Shown piece after piece: positions 59,900 to 64,000 of a DNA stretch of 64,000 nucleotides (position 1 is its first letter; each line of letters opens with the position of its first letter). Made by a program: the position numbers and the translations under genes. The stretch lies in the NCBI GenBank assembly GCA_964434325.1, contig CAYSUO010000003.1, positions 7,701 to 71,700 of the forward strand, read 5' to 3'. The notes beneath the pieces are model-generated. The model was not told where the DNA came from. It made no database searches and saw nothing but the letters and a program-made list of their open reading frames with translations. Source of the DNA: an uncultured Ruminococcus sp. GTDB taxonomy: Bacteria; Bacillota; Clostridia; Oscillospirales; CAG-272.

Positions 59900-60099
59900 G
59901 ATAAAACCTCCTTTTGTCTTTTGATATATCTCATTGTAGCATAAAATGCGGCACTTGTACAGACGATATGAGAGCTTTTAATATTTTGTTTACAATTTCA
60001 ATTTATTGCTTTGGCTTCACGCCATCTTTTTGAAGCGCGGCTTCTTGGGTGTGCTTTTGTTCCGCGCGAATTTCACTTGCGATATTTTGTATGTGCTTG

Positions 60100-60234
60100 A
60101 TTTAGGTATAAACGAAAAAGAGCATAAATCGGAAGAAATTCAGAGAATTTCAACCTTGAAAATGAAAAAGCAAAAGTTAGAGCGAAGCTACCGATTTTTA
60201 CGGCATCCTCGCTCTTTTTCGTTTATGTCTAAAT
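60100..60234. mobile_element. MITE-like element, family C
   Basis: 24-bp terminal inverted repeats ATTTAGRYATAAACGAAAAAGAGC (22/24 match); related inverted copy at 15412..15526. Confidence 0.6.
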
Positions 60235-60309
60235 GAACTCCGCCCCATTACGTTGTAGGTGTTTTTATTACTTATAGCCTGTTAGGTCAGGCGAAGCAGC
60301 CCCTTTAAG

Positions 60310-61044
60310 CTATTTTTTCTTGAAGCGCTCCTCAAAGCTTTCAAAATGCTCTTTCAGGTATTCGCCGAGGGGTTTTTCAAGCTTAAAGGGGAGAAGGAAG
60401 GATATTTTTTGCTTTTGCTTCTCTCGCGCGCTTCTTATCGCTGCCTTCAAATGCTCGTAGCGCACTATTATCCCGTTTTCCTCCGCGAAGCGGCGAAGCT
60501 TCAAAACGATACCCGAGGAATGAACGACGTCCACGGTGAAAACGCCGAAGAAGGCACCGATAACGAAGGAGAAGGCGAGGTTTTGCGAGAGCCACGAGAG
60601 AGCCGCCAAAATGTGGGGATGGACGAGAAAATAGTAGGCGGCGCTGAGGAGGCTCCAAAAGAAGGAGAACTTCGGGCAGATGATACCGAGAAGGTTTCCC
60701 CATTCGCCGCTGTAATCCCAGAGGCGCACCTTGAATAGCTTCAAGGAGATGAGCCCCGCTATAAATTCGATGACGGTCATACAGAGCGCCATAACGACGA
60801 AGAGAACGAGCTTAGACCACACGGGGTGCTCGATGAGCTCGAATTTTTCAAGCGATGCTATCAGATAGAGCAGGCAGAGCCCGCTCCCGTAGAGGGGGAG
60901 ATAGGGTCCCGCACAAAAGCCAGGGTTTATCCATTTTCTCTCGGGGTTGGCGCGCGAGAGAAAGCGGCGGTAAAACAGCTCGATGACGAAGCCGCCAACC
61001 GAGCCTATGAAGAACAAAAATGCCAGGGCGAGAAAAATATCCAT
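60310..61044 (-). CDS. putative ABC transporter permease-like membrane protein (DUF1113/CmpB-like), second paralogue
   Basis: GFVIE, NPGFCAGPYLPLYGSG, IEFIAG, LWDYS, GIICPKFS. Confidence 0.8.
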   Translation of the reverse strand: MDIFLALAFLFFIGSVGGFVIELFYRRFLSRANPERKWINPGFCAGPYLPLYGSGLCLLYLIASLEKFELIEHPVWSKLVLFVVMALCMTVIEFIAGLISLKLFKVRLWDYSGEWGNLLGIICPKFSFFWSLLSAAYYFLVHPHILAALSWLSQNLAFSFVIGAFFGVFTVDVVHSSGIVLKLRRFAEENGIIVRYEHLKAAIRSAREKQKQKISFLLPFKLEKPLGEYLKEHFESFEERFKKK

Positions 61045-61280
61045 AAGCACCTCGAAGCTTTTCGCGAGTCTTTGCTTTTTTAATGCCCGCTTTTAATTTA
61101 TTTTAGCACAAGACGCGCGATTTGTAAAGCTTTTTTCGATGTTTTTCGCGCGCCCTTTTTTCAGGTCTTTTAAGCACGCCTTTTTAATTTGTTTTAGGTG
61201 CATACATTGGTAGAATTTCAGCAAAACACCTTGCAAATAATATATAAGCTTTTCGGTTTTAGTTCTTTTCCTCACATTTC

Positions 61281-61329
61281 TCAGACTAAATGCAACTTCT
61301 CGTGCTACTGTTGCATTTGCTTTGAGAAT
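61281..61329. repeat. family D palindromic repeat copy 2
   Basis: 39/49 identity with 23701..23749. Confidence 0.65.
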
Positions 61330-61408
61330 ATACGCGCCTTTTCGCGCGTCACTCCCTTGCGACGCACGAAGGGCTCTTCTGCGATGATGTTTTGATATAT
61401 ATAGAAAA

Positions 61409-61447
61409 AACACGGTAGAAGCAGTTTTTCCCTGCTTCTACTGTGTT
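61409..61447. repeat. repeat family A core hairpin
   Basis: AACACGGTAGAAGCAG...CTGCTTCTACTGTGTT. Confidence 0.75.
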
Positions 61448-61487
61448 AATTTAAGCTCTCTTAATTTTCAGCTTTACAAAATTACCG

Positions 61488-61625
61488 TTTTCCCTCTCGG
61501 AAAAGCAAAATCATTTAATCGCTTTTGGCTACTTGCCTCTCTTGGAGAGAAAAATCATTTAATCGCTTCGGGGTGCTTTTCCCCCTCGGAGGAAAAATCA
61601 TTTAATCGCTTCGGGGTGCTTTTCC
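61488..61625. repeat. 43-44-bp tandem repeat containing the nagB 3' end
   Basis: TCATTTAATCGCTT at 61511, 61555 and 61598 (the last is the real stop region). Confidence 0.85.
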
Positions 61626-62356
61626 GCTATAACGGAGAGCGCCGCCTCGTCTGCACACACGATGACCTCGCCCTTGAAGAAGCGAAGAATGGAGGCAGGG
61701 ACGCGCGGCGTTACCTCGCCGAAGAGCGCCTTTTCGAGGATTTCGGCTTTACCCTTGCCGAGGGCGATAAGCAGTATCTTATCCGCCGCCATTATCTGAC
61801 CGACGCCCATAGAGAGCGCCTTGGTGGGAACGAGCTCACGCGAGGCGAAGAAGCGAGAATTTGCGTCGATCGTTGAGGCGGTGAGCTCCACGAGCCCCGT
61901 TCCCACGGAAAAGCTATCCGCGGGCTCGTTAAATCCTATATGCCCGTTATTGCCTATGCCGAGGACCTGCACGTCAACGCCACCCATCGAAGCAACGACT
62001 TCATCATATCTTTGGCACTCGGCGGCTGGGTCAGCCGCGAGCCCCGACGGGAGATTGGTATTCTCGGGCTTTATATCCACGTGGGCAAAGAGGTTGGTGC
62101 GCATAAAGTAGGCGTAGCTCTGGTCGTGCTCGGGGGAAAGCCCCACGTACTCGTCCAGATTGACGCTCCTCACGTCCTTGAAGCTTATCTCCCCCGCCTT
62201 GCACATTCTGATGAGCTCGGCATACATACCGAGGGGCGACGAGCCCGTTGCGAGCCCGAGGACCGCGTTAGGCTTCGCCGAAACTACGCCCGCGATGACC
62301 TCGGCGGCTTTCTTTCCCGCCTCCTCGGCGGTCTTTGCTGCAATTATCTTTATCAT
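61598..62356 (-). CDS. nagB: glucosamine-6-phosphate deaminase
   Basis: LGLATGSSP, NLDEYVGL, LGIGNNGHIGFNEP. Confidence 0.95.
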   Translation of the reverse strand: MIKIIAAKTAEEAGKKAAEVIAGVVSAKPNAVLGLATGSSPLGMYAELIRMCKAGEISFKDVRSVNLDEYVGLSPEHDQSYAYFMRTNLFAHVDIKPENTNLPSGLAADPAAECQRYDEVVASMGGVDVQVLGIGNNGHIGFNEPADSFSVGTGLVELTASTIDANSRFFASRELVPTKALSMGVGQIMAADKILLIALGKGKAEILEKALFGEVTPRVPASILRFFKGEVIVCADEAALSVIAEKHPEAIK

Positions 62357-62425
62357 ATCTTTCTCCGTTCCGCCGCACGTGGCGGCAAGCTTTTTGTTTT
62401 ACTCATAGTGAAGTTGACGCTTGCG

Positions 62426-63514
62426 TCAGGAATATTTTTTCACTATGGCGCGCATATCGCCGAGCCGCTTTTCCATATCGGAAACGAGCTTGAACTGGTT
62501 GCGTGCGCGGTCAAGATTCTGCCCCGCCCTGTGGATACGGAAATAGGTATCTCCCGCGAGATAGTCCGCGAGGAAGCGCATACCACATTCCAGCGTCATC
62601 ATAATTGCGCCGACGGGGAGCATTTCAAGCTCCGCCTCGGTGAGCCCGCCCTTGGCGCCCTCGATGAAGCCCTTGGTGTAGAGCTCGAAGAGCTCGATAT
62701 CGAAGTTGACCTTGGAGAGATCCGCCTCGTCTTCCAGCGCGGTGGTCGCGCCGAAGCGAATGGAGTCACCAAAATCGTTGACGGAGTAGCCAGGCATAAT
62801 GGTGTCAAGGTCGATTATGCAAAGCGCGTTCTCGGTATCCTTATCGAAAAGAATGTTATTGAGCTTGGTATCGTTATGCGTGACGCGAAGGGGGAGCCGC
62901 CCCTCGGCGTGCGCCCTTTCAAGCGTTCCTATAAACTCCTCGCGCTCCTCGGCGAAGCGCACCTCCGCCATCACTTCGGCGAGCCTTCCGCATTTATCCT
63001 CCGCCACGGCTTCGCGAAGCTGGCGAAGTCTATCGGGGGTATTGTGGAAATTCGGTATGGTCTCAACGAGGGTCGCGGCGGGATAATCGCGAAGGAGATA
63101 CTGGAAATTGCCAAAGGCGACGGCGCTCTTATAGAACTGAATTGGCTCGTCGACCTTATCGAAGCTTATGCTATCGGAGATGAAAACGAGCATACGCCAA
63201 TAGTCGCCGCTCTCCGTTTTGAAGGAGCTCTTCCCTTCGCGCGTTTTTATCGCGTTCAGCGTTTCGCGCATCGGGTCTCCCCCGTTCTTTTTTATTATCT
63301 CGGCGAGATACGAGGTTACCCCGACAAAGTTGTTCATAAGGCTCTCGGGGTCCTTAAACACGTTTTGGTTTATTTTTTGAAGTATGTACTTGACCTCTTT
63401 GCCACCGTCGTTCATGATAACGAGGCGCGTATCGTTGATATGCCCCGAGCCATAGACGCTCTCGCTGACAAATTCTCCCGTGACGTTAAACTGCTTGACG
63501 ATATTTTCTATCAT
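62426..63514 (-). CDS. APH/choline-kinase-fold phosphotransferase, N-acetylhexosamine 1-kinase-like
   Basis: GSGHINDT, LQKIN, HNDTKLNN, IDLDT, DFGDSIR, RFLADYL.GD.YF. Confidence 0.8.
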   Translation of the reverse strand: MIENIVKQFNVTGEFVSESVYGSGHINDTRLVIMNDGGKEVKYILQKINQNVFKDPESLMNNFVGVTSYLAEIIKKNGGDPMRETLNAIKTREGKSSFKTESGDYWRMLVFISDSISFDKVDEPIQFYKSAVAFGNFQYLLRDYPAATLVETIPNFHNTPDRLRQLREAVAEDKCGRLAEVMAEVRFAEEREEFIGTLERAHAEGRLPLRVTHNDTKLNNILFDKDTENALCIIDLDTIMPGYSVNDFGDSIRFGATTALEDEADLSKVNFDIELFELYTKGFIEGAKGGLTEAELEMLPVGAIMMTLECGMRFLADYLAGDTYFRIHRAGQNLDRARNQFKLVSDMEKRLGDMRAIVKKYS

Positions 63515-63582
63515 AGCTACTCCGTTCCGCCCCTTCGGGGCTTATTTTATACGATGAGATCTAAGGTATTCAAGGAAGTTCG

Positions 63583-63999
63583 TTATTTTTCGGACTGCAA
63601 GCCGAGGAGAGCCGCGCCTATTATGCCCGCGTCATTACGGAAGGCGGCGGCGACGACGCGCGTTCTCGCGCCCTCCTGCCCGAAGGTGCCGTGCCGAACA
63701 CGGTCACAAAGGCGAGACATAAGCTTATCGCCCTCGCGCGATATGCCGCCGCCGATACAGACGACGTCGGGCTGCAACATATTGATGACGTTTTCAACGC
63801 CTATCGCGAGGCTGTCTATAAACTCGTTGACAACGAGGGTACCCGCCACGTCTCCCTCGTCCTTGGCGCGAAAGGCGGTCTTCCCGCTGACGCGCTCGAT
63901 ATCGCCCTCGACGAGCTTCCACATACTGCTCTCGGGATAGAGGCGCATATAGCGCTTGGTCTCTTTTATAAGAGCGGTCGCGGAGCAATAGCTTTCAAT
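63583..63999 (-). CDS. ROK family sugar kinase, 5'-truncated by window edge
   Basis: IESYCSATAL at the edge, IGGGIS, NDAGIIGAA. Confidence 0.88.
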   Translation of the reverse strand: MESYCSATALIKETKRYMRLYPESSMWKLVEGDIERVSGKTAFRAKDEGDVAGTLVVNEFIDSLAIGVENVINMLQPDVVCIGGGISREGDKLMSRLCDRVRHGTFGQEGARTRVVAAAFRNDAGIIGAALLGLQSEK

Positions 64000-64000
64000 A

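Noticed and set aside
61940-63940. 666-aa plus-strand ORF, and similar long antisense ORFs (840..1826, 5072..6292, 18309..19739, 26225..27634, 30974..32053)
   Set aside because: They are shadows opposite clearly recognisable genes, expected from GC-rich codon bias, and show no protein motifs

Overview
GC-rich (roughly 55-60%) chromosomal window from a spore-forming Clostridia/Bacillota bacterium (spoIIR, T-box and lysine riboswitches, SLH protein, near-consensus sigmaA promoters). Most of it is housekeeping and metabolic: potAB plus a potC-potD fusion, gmk, serS, fba, smpB, AlaX, RluA, Trx/FTR, fucI, nnr, the dapA-dapB-ddh-lysA operon and amino-sugar genes. No rRNA, tRNA, CRISPR array, transposase or prophage was recognised. 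The unusual parts are: (1) a ~1,670-aa surface protein with a repeat stalk, one TM helix and a cytoplasmic ribosomal uL15-like globular domain; (2) two tandem ~1,600-aa secreted beta-helix paralogues next to a GH88 gene, sharing a 228-bp near-identical patch, with one paralogue bracketed by inverted copies of a ~125-bp palindromic element; (3) a translationally coupled operon encoding a BspA-type LRR protein, an HPr-kinase-like P-loop protein, a fused BY-kinase and a nuclease-like protein, with no polysaccharide genes nearby; (4) several dispersed MITE/REP-like repeat families, and tandem echoes of gene 3' ends; (5) apparent near-total avoidance of CCGG. All calls come from motif recognition by eye; no database searches were run.
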